A DNA stretch of 64,000 nt. It comes from an uncultured Rhodanobacteraceae bacterium. Its GTDB lineage: Bacteria; Pseudomonadota; Gammaproteobacteria; Xanthomonadales; Rhodanobacteraceae. The translations under genes and the position numbers were made by a program. The notes under the pieces are model-generated. The model was not told the origin of the DNA. It saw only the letters and a list, made by a program, of their open reading frames with translations, and did not search any database. This document shows, piece by piece, positions 10,701-18,768 of this stretch; position 1 is the first letter of the stretch; every line of letters starts with the position of its first letter. Location of the stretch: positions 1,287-65,286 of the forward strand of contig CBINBI010000011.1 of the NCBI GenBank assembly GCA_966248875.1. The letters run 5' to 3'.

Positions 10701-11868
10701 TGGCGCGCTCGAGCGTCAGCTGCGGTGCGACGTCGAAGCGCCAGCCGCGCGACATCTCTCCGGTGATGCGATCGCGCGCGAACCAGGCGTCGCCGGAGAA
10801 ATCGAGCCACATCTCGCGATGCAGGGCGAGCCGGTTCTTCTCGTCCGGTGCGAGGCCGCGCGAGCGCTCCTCGACGGAAAGCTCGGCGCCGTCACCGAGC
10901 GCGAACGCCGGCAGCGTCTGCCAGTCGTCCGGAACGTCGGCCTGGCGCGGATCGACCTGCACGGCGCTTGCGGCCGAGGTGACGCGCTGGAGCGGCGCCG
11001 CTTCGTAGCTCCAGATCTCCTGCCGCGGCCAGGGCGCAGCGGGCACGCGCGCGACGACTTTCGCGAGCGGCACCAGCGCGCGCGCCTCGATCGTCACGGA
11101 CGTGGAGTCGGGCTGCACCTGCACGCGCAGGCGGCCGTCCACGTCGAGCCGGGCCGGCCAGTCTTCGCTGTCGAGGCTGAGCGGCTCGAATCCCGCCGGC
11201 AGTACGGGGCCGATCGTTTCCTCGCGCGGCCTGCCGGACGCGCTGACACGGATCTCGGTCGTCAGCGTCGCGGGAATGCCGTCGGAGAGCTTGCGATAGA
11301 CGTGCAGCTCGAGGCTGTCGGCTTCCGGCTCGGTCGCGACACCGCGGCCGAGCGTCAATGCATCCTGCACGCGCTGGAGCGGCGCGACCGGCCTGCCGTC
11401 GACCGTGAGCGCGATCAGCCCGACCGCAGGCGGCACGCGGAGCGTCTCCGGGCGCTCGTCCCACGGGATGCGTGCGCGGATCTCGTGAGTGCCGGCGGGA
11501 AGCCGCAGCGCGGGGCCTTCGTGATCGACGACCGGAGCGGGCTGCCCGTTCACCGTGACCTGCTGCGGCCAGTTGAACACGTCGCCCGGCAGCGGAACCC
11601 AGGACTCCACCTCGACGCGCCAGCGCTGCGCGATCGTGACGCCGCGCGCTTCGGCGTCGAGCGCGAGCGTGCCCGGCCAGGCGCAGAGGAAATCGTCGGG
11701 CGCGCTTGCATGGCTGCCCGCTAACAGCGGACAGGCGCGGAATTCCTGGTCGCGCAGCACCCACGCGCGCCAGGGTTCGAGCGGGGCCGGCACTTCGGGC
11801 GCCGCATCGGCGGCAGCGGCGGCGAGAGAGATCAGGAGCCAGGCAAGGCGATGTGGAAATCCGCGCAT
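7723..11868 (-). CDS. Very large (1381 aa) envelope protein of unknown family: signal peptide, two beta-rich extracytoplasmic regions, and two clusters of TM helices
   Basis: N-terminal signal MRGFPHRLAWLLISLAAAAADA. Hydrophobic clusters at about aa 560-650, 700-740 and 1190-1360. Amino-acid composition is balanced, unlike the Arg/His-rich antisense ORF 7618..11724. GAGGG lies 7 nt before the ATG. I recognised no family. Confidence 0.75.
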   Translation of the reverse strand: MRGFPHRLAWLLISLAAAAADAAPEVPAPLEPWRAWVLRDQEFRACPLLAGSHASAPDDFLCAWPGTLALDAEARGVTIAQRWRVEVESWVPLPGDVFNWPQQVTVNGQPAPVVDHEGPALRLPAGTHEIRARIPWDERPETLRVPPAVGLIALTVDGRPVAPLQRVQDALTLGRGVATEPEADSLELHVYRKLSDGIPATLTTEIRVSASGRPREETIGPVLPAGFEPLSLDSEDWPARLDVDGRLRVQVQPDSTSVTIEARALVPLAKVVARVPAAPWPRQEIWSYEAAPLQRVTSAASAVQVDPRQADVPDDWQTLPAFALGDGAELSVEERSRGLAPDEKNRLALHREMWLDFSGDAWFARDRITGEMSRGWRFDVAPQLTLERATALNSRLRDGNGESLLVTRGAAPGSTGVEWRTPAVDLTAGLRFAAARGAMPVTGWQDSFDRVTATLHLPSGYKLLGAPGADSAGGSWFSSWTLLDVFIAAIVVLLAWRLFGVAGAAAAAGYLVLGYQESGAPLWTLLAALAFGLIARALPAGRLSTAAVWVRRAALALLVLVALPFVAEQLRFALHPQLQGATPAYADMGLPRHRAPVQKSAEGDAMPQPLEEFEQVVAPPPPASAPLPESIGRDAEENTWPDTRQVSGANVRRTDIIGHYNQATVVQTGAGEPNWNLGERYVLGWSGPVLPNQTMRLVIAPPWLVRALRVALVALLAVLIVRLARGSLRMPPRAVASLGGVLAISLLAASAPVRAQAFPPEKLLDELHSRLLEAPKCVPACATLAHAAVVAHGDEIRVALEVHAASRVASPVPAGGDALTLRSVSVDGVRQDALARSKDEIYVALARGVHRVELAYAATADKVALRFPLRPMRVEFDGDGWQASGINESRLLTETLSLARSRETGSSASTTASQRFAPFVRVERDIMLGLDWSVSSTAQRLAPEEGGFTVSIPVLAGEHVTTSDVRTEGGEVIAAIADGESSVSWNSTLDKGDTLTLTAPALTDRAEVWHVTASPIWHVEASGVPVSADADTDRNDYRRFDFHPLPGETLTLRISRPEPAEGSTRAIDRAGLVLNAGQRASDAVLSLSMRASQGGEHVITLPAGAEVMNVTRNGETLNLRPRDGKLSLPLLPGSQTFQIRLREAVPVAFMTRTPAIALGVPAANIELWVDVPADRWLLAAFGPAQGPAVLYWSELAVMLLVAWALARTRRTPLKLWHWILLGIGFSTFSWVALVFVVVWLFALDWRARGASPASPVLFNLGQIGLALLTLIALFALAAAIPQGLLGSPDMHVEGYGSSAHALRWFADRSVDELPRAVAVSVPLWVYKLAMLAWALWLANAVVGWLRYGFSAWTRDGYWRALPRKSAVDIPAAAPPPPEARA

Positions 11869-11961
11869 GGGATGCCCTCATGAAGACGAGACGTCTCAGG
11901 TGATACGTAAACGCGCCGGCGAGTGCGCCATCGCTGCAACGGCGACATGCGCGCGGCGGGG

Positions 11962-12513
11962 TTACGCCACGAACACGGTCCACGCCTGCTCGATGCAGGC
12001 GAGCACGAATCCAGCGAGGAAAAACAGATAGCTGTAGCGAAGATAGCGATACTTGCGGTGCGCGAGGTACCAGCCCATCGAATAGAGATCGTTCGCCATC
12101 GTCTCGTAGACCGAGCCGTCGGGCTTCATCGCCGCCGCGACCTCGCGCAGGAAGCGCTCGCGCGGCAGCTCGGCGAAGTGGCCGAAGAAGAGCAGGTTGA
12201 AATCCGACGGCAGCGTGCCCGCGCCGACGCGGAGCGAGCGGTGCTTGGGCAGCACGGCGAGGATCGCGAAGAACAGCGAGAGCAGCGTGAAGGCGGCCAG
12301 CGTCTGCACGGCGGGCCGGAGCGAAGGATCGGCGATGCGGCCGAGCGTCAGCGTCAGCACGATCGACGAGACCGTGATGATGATGTTGGCCTTGGTGTCC
12401 GCCATGCTCGACAGCGCGACGTGGTGCTGCTGCGCCGTGCGCAGCATCGCGTCGCCTGTGTTGCGCTCGGGAATGCGCGAGAACGCGTCCGCTACCGAAG
12501 AAACCTCGTCCAT
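11962..12513 (-). CDS. DUF5706 / PycTM-family (Pycsar-effector-like) small membrane protein
   Basis: 183 aa. The segment LRTAQQHHVALSSMADTKANIIITVSSIVLTL matches the recalled family signature (n-H-x-x-L-S-x-I-A-D-S/T-K-A-N-I-L-L-S-V-N). It is followed by further hydrophobic helices (TLAAFTLLSLFFAILAVL, YSYLFFLAGFVLACI). Confidence 0.6.
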   Translation of the reverse strand: MDEVSSVADAFSRIPERNTGDAMLRTAQQHHVALSSMADTKANIIITVSSIVLTLTLGRIADPSLRPAVQTLAAFTLLSLFFAILAVLPKHRSLRVGAGTLPSDFNLLFFGHFAELPRERFLREVAAAMKPDGSVYETMANDLYSMGWYLAHRKYRYLRYSYLFFLAGFVLACIEQAWTVFVA

Positions 12514-12634
12514 CGCCTTGCCCCTGCTGCCCGCGTGCGCACCACATGGTAGCCGACGGTCGGGGCTCGTGGGCCGGCTTCGGAGGCCGCTCGTGGCGAG
12601 GGCTCGGCTCCGCGTCGTTGCGAGCGAATTTTGC

Positions 12635-15361
12635 TCAGGGACCGCCCGACGGCGATGCGCCCGGCTGGCGCTGCTCGATCCACGCCGCGAGCGCGCGGCG
12701 GCCGATGTGCTCGCGCAACGAGGCGCACTGACGGATGCCTTCGAGCGTCTGGCCCAGCCCGCGCTCCCCGCCGACGAGATCGTTGATGCGCGGCGCGAAG
12801 AACGACGAGAGCTCGTCGGCCTCGGCCGCGCTGCAGCGGCCGTCGGCGAAAGTCTTCGGCATCTGCCCCAGACGGAACGCGGGCTGGCGTGCGCGATAGG
12901 CCTCGTAGTGCGCCTGCAGCCAATGCCAGGCGGCCTTGCGGTTTTCGGGCTCGTCCATCACGGTTTCATAGAGGCTGGACATTTCGCCGATCTGCACAGC
13001 GGGGTCGAGCCCGTAGTCCAGCGCTTTCGCCGTCAGCGCGGGCTCTCGCGTCGCGCCGAGTGCCGCCAGCAGCGCGTAACGCTGCGCCGTGTCGCGGTTG
13101 ACCGTGAATGCCTTCTGCACCGCGGCGAACGCCGGCGCGCCGCCGTCCTGCACGGCGACCTTGAGCGCCGTGCGCAGCAGGTCCGGATCGGCACGAGAAA
13201 GATCGGCCTCGCCGCTGCCGTCGAGCCCGAGCGCGGCGCGGCCCTGGCGGGCGAGTTCGGCGCGCGCATGCGGATCGCGCACCACCAGGGCGAGGAAGTC
13301 GGCGAGGCGCGCGCGCAGCGCAATCGTCGTGCTCGCGTCGCCCACCGTGCGCCGGTAACCGAGCTTGGCGACACGCGGGCCGTATAGCGAGACGGCGTAC
13401 GCATCGAGCACGCTGCGTGCGCGCTCGTCCGCGAGGTGCTCGCGGATCCACTCGAACGGCGCGAACAGCGCGGTCGCAACCTGCGGAACATCGGATCCGG
13501 CGAGCGCCGGCATCGCGTCGAGCACGGTCGCCGGAGTCGCATCGCCGCGCAGGAACGCGCTGTTCAAGGCGTCGGCATAGACGATCTGTTCCGGCGCGGA
13601 GAGGCGCGGGACGGCGCCTGCCAGCTTGGAGAGGTCCGCCGCTGCCATGTCGAAGCGGTAGTAGCCGCGCGCCTGCGAGTTCGGCAGGTACCAGTCCGGA
13701 CAGCCGCCGTCGACCGTGAACGTCTGCACCGGCTCGTCGAGCAGGAAGCATTGCGTGTCCGGTGCCTCGCCGTGGCCGAGACGCGCGCACACGGGAGCGC
13801 CCCAGCGCGGCTCGCCCTCGCCGAGCACACCCCAGGGCAGATAACGCGACTGGCGCAGCGTCAGCGAAGCCTTGCCCTGCTCGCAGGCGAGCTCGGTACG
13901 CACGAGCGGAATGCCGGGCTGATCGAGGAAGCTCCGCATCGACTTCGCGAAGACCTCGCCCTTGCCGCTGGCCCTGGCGAGCGAGGCGATCAGGTCGTCC
14001 GAGCTGCCGCTGCCGAAGGCGTGGCTCGCGAGATACGCGCGCATGCCCTTGCGGAACGTCGCCTCGCCCACCCAGGTCTCGAACATCGCGAGCACGCTCG
14101 CGCCTTTCTGGTACGTAATGCTGTCGAACGCGGTCTCGATGTCGCCGTGGCTCGCGATCGGCTGGCGCACCTTGCGCGCGGTCAGCAGGCTGTCGTTCTT
14201 CATTGCGCCGAGCCGCGCCTCGAGCGATTCGAGGTCAGCGAAATACTCGGGCTTGAGCGCGGCGGTGAGCTTGCGCTGCGCCCAGGTCGCGTAGGCCTCG
14301 TTGAGCCAGATGTCGTCCCACCACGGCACGGTGACGAGATCGCCGTACCACTGGTGCGCGATCTCGTGCGCGTTGACGTTGAACACCATGCGGTAGCGCT
14401 CGGCCGACGAGTGCTCGTCGAGCAGCAGCAGCGCGTCGCGATAGACGATGAGGCCCGCGTTCTCCATGGCGCCGGCAGAGAAGTCCGGCGCGCCGAGGAG
14501 GTCGAGCTTGTCGAACGGATACGGCTGCGCGGTGTAGTCCTCGAAGAACTTCACCACGGCCGGCGTCTCGCGGAGGATCCACGCGAGCTGTGCGCCCTTG
14601 CCGCGCGGAGCGAGCCCGCGCAGCGGGACCGGGTGCGTGCGCACGGCATTCGGCGGAATCGGCGGCGCATCGACGACGTCCCACGGCCCGACCGCGAACG
14701 CGACGAGATACGTCGGCAGCGGCTTCGTCGTCGCGAAATGGAGCGTCTCCCAGGCACCGTCAGCCGATTGCGTGCGGCTGGCTTCACGCGTGTTGGCGAC
14801 CGCGACCTGGCCGGCGGGCACAGTCAGCGCGATGTCGAACGGCGTCTTGAAGCGGGGCTCGTCGAAGCCGGGGAACGCTCGGCGCGCGCTGATCGGCTCC
14901 ATTTGCGTGACCGCATACGCATCGTCGCCGACCTTGACCTTGTAGAGCCCTTCGAGCTGGCCGTTGAAGGGGGCGGTGTACGCGAATGCGAGCTCGATGT
15001 CCTGCGCCTTCAGTGTGCGGCCGAAGCGCACTTCGAGCACGCCGACGTCAGCGTGGTCGATCGTCTCGGGCTCTAACGTCGCGCCGTTCGCGGCAGCGAC
15101 GCTCGCCTTCGTGATGTCGAGCTGCTGGGCGTGCAGCCAGAGGCGGTCCGCCGGCCTTGCGAGCTTGACGCGGATGCGCGTCTCGCCGCTGAAGCGGTCC
15201 TTGCGCGGATCGACGGTGAAATGGAGTGCGTAATGCTGCGGAACCGCATCGGCCGGCAGCTTGCCCGCAGGCACGCCGCCGCCGGCGGCCGCAGCGGAGG
15301 CGTCCGCCGCGAGCCAGAAAAACGCAACGAGAACCGCCTGCCGGAAAAAGCGCATTGTCAT
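12635..15361 (-). CDS. Secreted M1-family zinc aminopeptidase (aminopeptidase N-like) with an ERAP1-like C-terminal domain
   Basis: Exopeptidase motif GAMENAGLIVY and zinc motif HEIAHQWYGDLVTVPWWDDIWLNEAYA (HEXXH-18-E). Signal-like N-terminus MTMRFFRQAVLVAFFWLAADASA. The start was chosen at the internal ATG 15361; the track ORF begins at 15412. Confidence 0.9.
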   Translation of the reverse strand: MTMRFFRQAVLVAFFWLAADASAAAAGGGVPAGKLPADAVPQHYALHFTVDPRKDRFSGETRIRVKLARPADRLWLHAQQLDITKASVAAANGATLEPETIDHADVGVLEVRFGRTLKAQDIELAFAYTAPFNGQLEGLYKVKVGDDAYAVTQMEPISARRAFPGFDEPRFKTPFDIALTVPAGQVAVANTREASRTQSADGAWETLHFATTKPLPTYLVAFAVGPWDVVDAPPIPPNAVRTHPVPLRGLAPRGKGAQLAWILRETPAVVKFFEDYTAQPYPFDKLDLLGAPDFSAGAMENAGLIVYRDALLLLDEHSSAERYRMVFNVNAHEIAHQWYGDLVTVPWWDDIWLNEAYATWAQRKLTAALKPEYFADLESLEARLGAMKNDSLLTARKVRQPIASHGDIETAFDSITYQKGASVLAMFETWVGEATFRKGMRAYLASHAFGSGSSDDLIASLARASGKGEVFAKSMRSFLDQPGIPLVRTELACEQGKASLTLRQSRYLPWGVLGEGEPRWGAPVCARLGHGEAPDTQCFLLDEPVQTFTVDGGCPDWYLPNSQARGYYRFDMAAADLSKLAGAVPRLSAPEQIVYADALNSAFLRGDATPATVLDAMPALAGSDVPQVATALFAPFEWIREHLADERARSVLDAYAVSLYGPRVAKLGYRRTVGDASTTIALRARLADFLALVVRDPHARAELARQGRAALGLDGSGEADLSRADPDLLRTALKVAVQDGGAPAFAAVQKAFTVNRDTAQRYALLAALGATREPALTAKALDYGLDPAVQIGEMSSLYETVMDEPENRKAAWHWLQAHYEAYRARQPAFRLGQMPKTFADGRCSAAEADELSSFFAPRINDLVGGERGLGQTLEGIRQCASLREHIGRRALAAWIEQRQPGASPSGGP

Positions 15362-15495
15362 GTCTTCGAAGGGGATTCCGGCAGGACACCACAGCGCGGC
15401 GCGGCGCGGCATGGCCGATAAGTCATGCGGCAGTGCGCCGGCCTCAGCCGAGGGCGGTAGCGGCCGGCGTCACGTTGCTGCGTGTCGCGAGCCTA

Positions 15496-16056
15496 TCAGG
15501 CCGCTTCGGCGACGGACGGAGCCGCCGCCTCGGCCTGCTCGATCGTCACTGCGACGCCGTGAATGACGGCCGCGATGCGGACGGCGCTCTGTATCGCCTG
15601 CGCGGACACCTCGTGCTTGCGCAGCGTCTTTTCGTGCGATGCGAGGCACTTGCCGCAGCCATTGATCGCCGACACTGCGAGCGAGGCCAGCTCGAAATCG
15701 ATTTTCGAGCAGCCCGGATTGGCCATGACGTTCATGCGCAGGCCGGCGCGCATCGTCTGGTATTCCGATTCCTCGACGAGATGCGTGAAGCGATAGTAGA
15801 TGTTGTTCATCGCCATGATCGCCGCTGCCGCGCGCGCGCCGTCCAGCTCGGCGGGCGTGAGCACCGCGCCGGCCTGGACCGCCACGGCTTGCGTCAACGG
15901 CTGATGCCGCGCCGCGATCGCGCTCGCCAGCGCGACGATGGCGATCTGTTTCGGCGAAAGTCCCGGTGCGCCGCTTTCGCTCAGCACCGAGTCGAGATTG
16001 AGGCGCAGATCCTTCGCGTAATCGGGAATGCGCGCCTTGATGGCTTCGAGATTCAT
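15496..16056 (-). CDS. ahpD: Alkyl hydroperoxide reductase AhpD (carboxymuconolactone decarboxylase family)
   Basis: 186 aa from ATG 16056 with AGGAG upstream. MNLEAIKARIPDYAKDLRLNL..., catalytic CxxC in SAINGCGKCLASHE. Lies immediately downstream of ahpC. Confidence 0.9.
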   Translation of the reverse strand: MNLEAIKARIPDYAKDLRLNLDSVLSESGAPGLSPKQIAIVALASAIAARHQPLTQAVAVQAGAVLTPAELDGARAAAAIMAMNNIYYRFTHLVEESEYQTMRAGLRMNVMANPGCSKIDFELASLAVSAINGCGKCLASHEKTLRKHEVSAQAIQSAVRIAAVIHGVAVTIEQAEAAAPSVAEAA

Positions 16057-16069
16057 ACGGCAACTCCTG

Positions 16070-16100
16070 AAAAAAAGGCCCGGCCAGCGAAGACCGGGCC
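16070..16100 (-). terminator. Intrinsic terminator/attenuator between ahpC and ahpD, abutting the ahpD RBS
   Basis: The minus-strand RNA reads GGCCCGGUCUUCGCUGGCCGGGCC followed by UUUUUUU, then CAGGAGUUGCCGU-AUG. Stem is 16077-16083 / 16094-16100; the U-run corresponds to A 16070-16076. Confidence 0.7.
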
Positions 16101-16439
16101 TATCTCGTGCTGTTGTCGAAAATCGCGGCACGGATGCCGCTCTGTTCCTTGCGGGCCCGCGGAGAGCCCGCACCTATTAGAGGTGGCCGGCGACTGCGGG
16201 GGTCGCCGGCCGGGGCGACATCGTTGGGGAGGGGAGGAGATCGATGCCGCCCGAAACGTGGAGCGCCGCCTTCGCGCCGCTCCAGGGGAGCCTTGAGACC
16301 TCAATGGGGACGACGCAAGGAATTGCAACTCCTCGCAGCGGCCCGATTCCGGCGTGTGACGCAAGTCCCGAGTCGCCTCCCGACGGGAGAAGCTAAAGCG
16401 GCGCGCCGCTCCCGCGGAAGCAGCGCGCCGTCTCCGGCA

Positions 16440-16982
16440 TCACGCCGCCTTCAGCACCTCGTCGCCCTTGTTCCAGTTGCACGGACAGAGCTCGTCGGTC
16501 TGCAACGCATCGAGCACGCGCAGGACTTCCTGCGGGTTACGGCCGACGCTGCCGTCCGTGACGTAGGCGAAGCGGATCACGCCGTCCGGGTCGACCAGGA
16601 ACGTCGCGCGCTTGGCAACGCCCTCTTCCTCATCGAGGATGCCGAGCGCGCTCGACAGGCGCTTGGCCGTGTCGGCGAGCATCGGGAACGGCAGGTTCCT
16701 GAGGTCCTTGTGATCGCGGCGCCAGGCAAGGTGCACGAACTCGGTGTCCGTCGATGCTGCCAGCACCTGGCAGTCACGATCGGCGAACTGCGCGTTGAGG
16801 TCCGCGAAGCCCTTGATCTCGGTCGGGCAGACGAACGTGAAATCCTTCGGGTAGAAGAACACGAGCGTCCACTTGCCCTTGTACGTGTCGTTGTCGATGT
16901 CGGCGAACGCGGTATCAAGATTGTCGATACCCACGGTCGCCTTGAGCTTGAATTGGGGGAACTTGTCGCCGACAGTCAGCAT
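16440..16982 (-). CDS. ahpC: Peroxiredoxin AhpC (AhpD-dependent 2-Cys type)
   Basis: MLTVGDKFPQFKLKA...KGKWTLVFFYPKDFTFVCPTEI (peroxidatic Cys) and a C-terminal ...TDELCPCNW. Divergent from oxyR. Confidence 0.93.
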   Translation of the reverse strand: MLTVGDKFPQFKLKATVGIDNLDTAFADIDNDTYKGKWTLVFFYPKDFTFVCPTEIKGFADLNAQFADRDCQVLAASTDTEFVHLAWRRDHKDLRNLPFPMLADTAKRLSSALGILDEEEGVAKRATFLVDPDGVIRFAYVTDGSVGRNPQEVLRVLDALQTDELCPCNWNKGDEVLKAA

Positions 16983-17067
16983 GGTGTGTCGCTCCAGAGT
17001 CGAGTGGATGAAAAGGGGCTAAGGGTTGCGCCGCGACCTCGCGAGGCTGCAGCGCCACGATCAGGAA

Positions 17068-17120
17068 GATAGGGCCCGCCTTCCTATCGTTCAAATCGAT
17101 TGTTAGAATCAATTCGATAG
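17068..17120. promoter_or_regulatory. Putative OxyR (LysR-type) operator in the ahpC-oxyR divergent promoter region
   Basis: Perfect dyad GATAGG-N9-CCTATC (17068-17088) is followed by the imperfect palindrome ATCGATTGTTAGAATCAATTCGATAG (17095-17120). The region is locally AT-rich and contains ATAG/CTAT words as in OxyR sites, but the spacing is not canonical. Confidence 0.5.
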
Positions 17121-17188
17121 TCAATGTGAATCGGGCGGCCCGATCCGCCCGCAGCGGCGAAGCATCGCCGTGCATCCGCGGAGCCCCG

Positions 17189-18190
17189 ATGAATCTGCGC
17201 GATCTTCGATATCTGGTTGCCCTCGCCGAACACAAGCACTTCGGCCGCGCGGCGGCGGCGAGCTTCGTCAGCCAGCCGACGCTGTCGACGCAGATCAGGA
17301 AGCTCGAGGAAGAGCTCGGTGTCCCGCTCGTCGAGCGCACCCCGCGCAAGGTGCTGCTGACCGAGGTCGGGCACGAGATCGCGCAGCGTGCCCGCGAGGT
17401 GCTGAACGAAGTCGAGCAGATCCGGCAGATCGCACGGCGCACGAAGGATCCGGAGTCCGGCACGGTCCGGCTCGGCATCTTTCCGACGCTCGGGCCGTAT
17501 CTCCTGCCGCACGTGATTCCGCGCATCCGCGAGCGCTTTCCGCGGCTCGAGCTGCTGCTCGTCGAGGAAAAGACCGAGACGGTGCTGCGGCAGCTCCGCG
17601 AAGGCCGACTCGATGCCGGCGTGCTCGCGCTGCCGATCCACGATGATCAGCTGCACCAGGAGTTCCTGTTCGAGGAGCCGTTCCTGCTGGCGGTGCCCGA
17701 GCACCACAAGCTCGCCGCGCGCAAGCAGCTCAAGCTCGACGATCTTGCGGACCAGAGCCTTCTGCTGCTCGAGGAAGGCCACTGCCTGCGCGACCAGGCG
17801 CTCGAGGTCTGCCAGCTCTCCGGCGCGGCCGAGAAGAGCGGATTCCGCGCGACCAGCCTGGAGACGCTGCGCCAGATGGTTGCCGCGAACGTCGGCGTCA
17901 CACTGCTGCCGACGCTGGCGGTGAAGCCGCCGGTCGCGCAGTCGGCCGACATTCACCTGATCGAGTTCCGCGGCCATGCGCCGAGCCGCCGCATCGCGAT
18001 GGTCTGGCGCAAGAGCTCGGCCATGGCCTCGTTTCTGAAGCGGCTCGCGCAGTTGTTCGTGCTGCCGCGCGAGCTGCTCGATCCGCACTCGGCGTGCAGC
18101 GCGAACGGCCATGGCGCGCGGCTGCGCCCGTCGGCCGGCGCGAACGGCAGGGACGCGAAAAAACGCAGGCCGGCTGCCGGCAACCGTTGA
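17189..18190 (+). CDS. oxyR: Hydrogen peroxide-inducible LysR-type regulator OxyR
   Basis: MNLRDLRYLVALAEHKHFGRAAAASFVSQPTLSTQIRKLEEELG (wHTH). Redox cysteines in LLLLEEGHCLRDQALEVC. Start at internal ATG 17189. There is a ~30-aa basic C-terminal extension. Confidence 0.9.
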   Translation: MNLRDLRYLVALAEHKHFGRAAAASFVSQPTLSTQIRKLEEELGVPLVERTPRKVLLTEVGHEIAQRAREVLNEVEQIRQIARRTKDPESGTVRLGIFPTLGPYLLPHVIPRIRERFPRLELLLVEEKTETVLRQLREGRLDAGVLALPIHDDQLHQEFLFEEPFLLAVPEHHKLAARKQLKLDDLADQSLLLLEEGHCLRDQALEVCQLSGAAEKSGFRATSLETLRQMVAANVGVTLLPTLAVKPPVAQSADIHLIEFRGHAPSRRIAMVWRKSSAMASFLKRLAQLFVLPRELLDPHSACSANGHGARLRPSAGANGRDAKKRRPAAGNR

Positions 18191-18345
18191 TCGCACGCGT
18201 TCCGCTGCCGCGCGCCGTGCGATAGACGCCGCGCATCGAACCCATCGCATCTATCAATTTCAATCGCGGCGGACGGGGCGGTACGCTGCGCTCAAGCCGC
18301 GCTGTGCCGCGGCGCCATCTCCAGCCACAAGCCACGAGGTGTCAC

Positions 18346-18768
18346 ATGAGCAATCTCAAGGGAACCCGCACCGAAGCCAATCTCAAGGCCGCGTTTGCGG
18401 GCGAATCGCAGGCGAACCGCCGCTCTCTCTATTTCGCCCAGAAGGCCGACGTTGAAGGCCACAACGACGTCGCCGCCGTGTTCCGCTCGACGGCCGAAGG
18501 CGAAACCGGCCATGCGCACGGCCATCTCGAGTATCTCGAGGCGGTCGGCGATCCCGCGACGGGACTTCCGTTCGGCGACACGGCGTCGAACCTCAAGACC
18601 GCGATCGCCGGCGAGACGCACGAATACACCGACATGTATCCCGGCATGGCCAAGGCCGCGCGCGAGGAAGGCTTCGAGGAGATCGCCGACTGGTTCGAGA
18701 CGCTCGCGAAAGCCGAACGCTCGCACGCCAACCGCTTCTCCAAGGCGCTGAACGAAATCGGCGGCTGA
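18346..18768 (+). CDS. Rubrerythrin-family diiron protein (ferritin-like, no rubredoxin domain)
   Basis: 140 aa. [23 protein letters not shown], two ExxH diiron motifs (GETGHAHGH / [10 protein letters not shown]) and AERSHANRF. Confidence 0.85.
   Translation: MSNLKGTRTEANLKAAFAGESQANRRSLYFAQKADVEGHNDVAAVFRSTAEGETGHAHGHLEYLEAVGDPATGLPFGDTASNLKTAIAGETHEYTDMYPGMAKAAREEGFEEIADWFETLAKAERSHANRFSKALNEIGG

Noticed and set aside
7618-11724. 1368-aa plus-strand ORF opposite the giant membrane-protein gene
   Set aside because: Its composition is Arg/His/Glu/Asp/Gln-rich low complexity with no hydrophobic segments. The minus-strand frame has a signal peptide, TM helices, an RBS and precise coupling to prmC.
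16053-16364. 103-aa minus ORF inside the ahpC-ahpD spacer
   Set aside because: Pro/Arg/Ser-rich, no RBS, and it overlaps the ahpD start. The region is better explained as stacked RNA hairpins.
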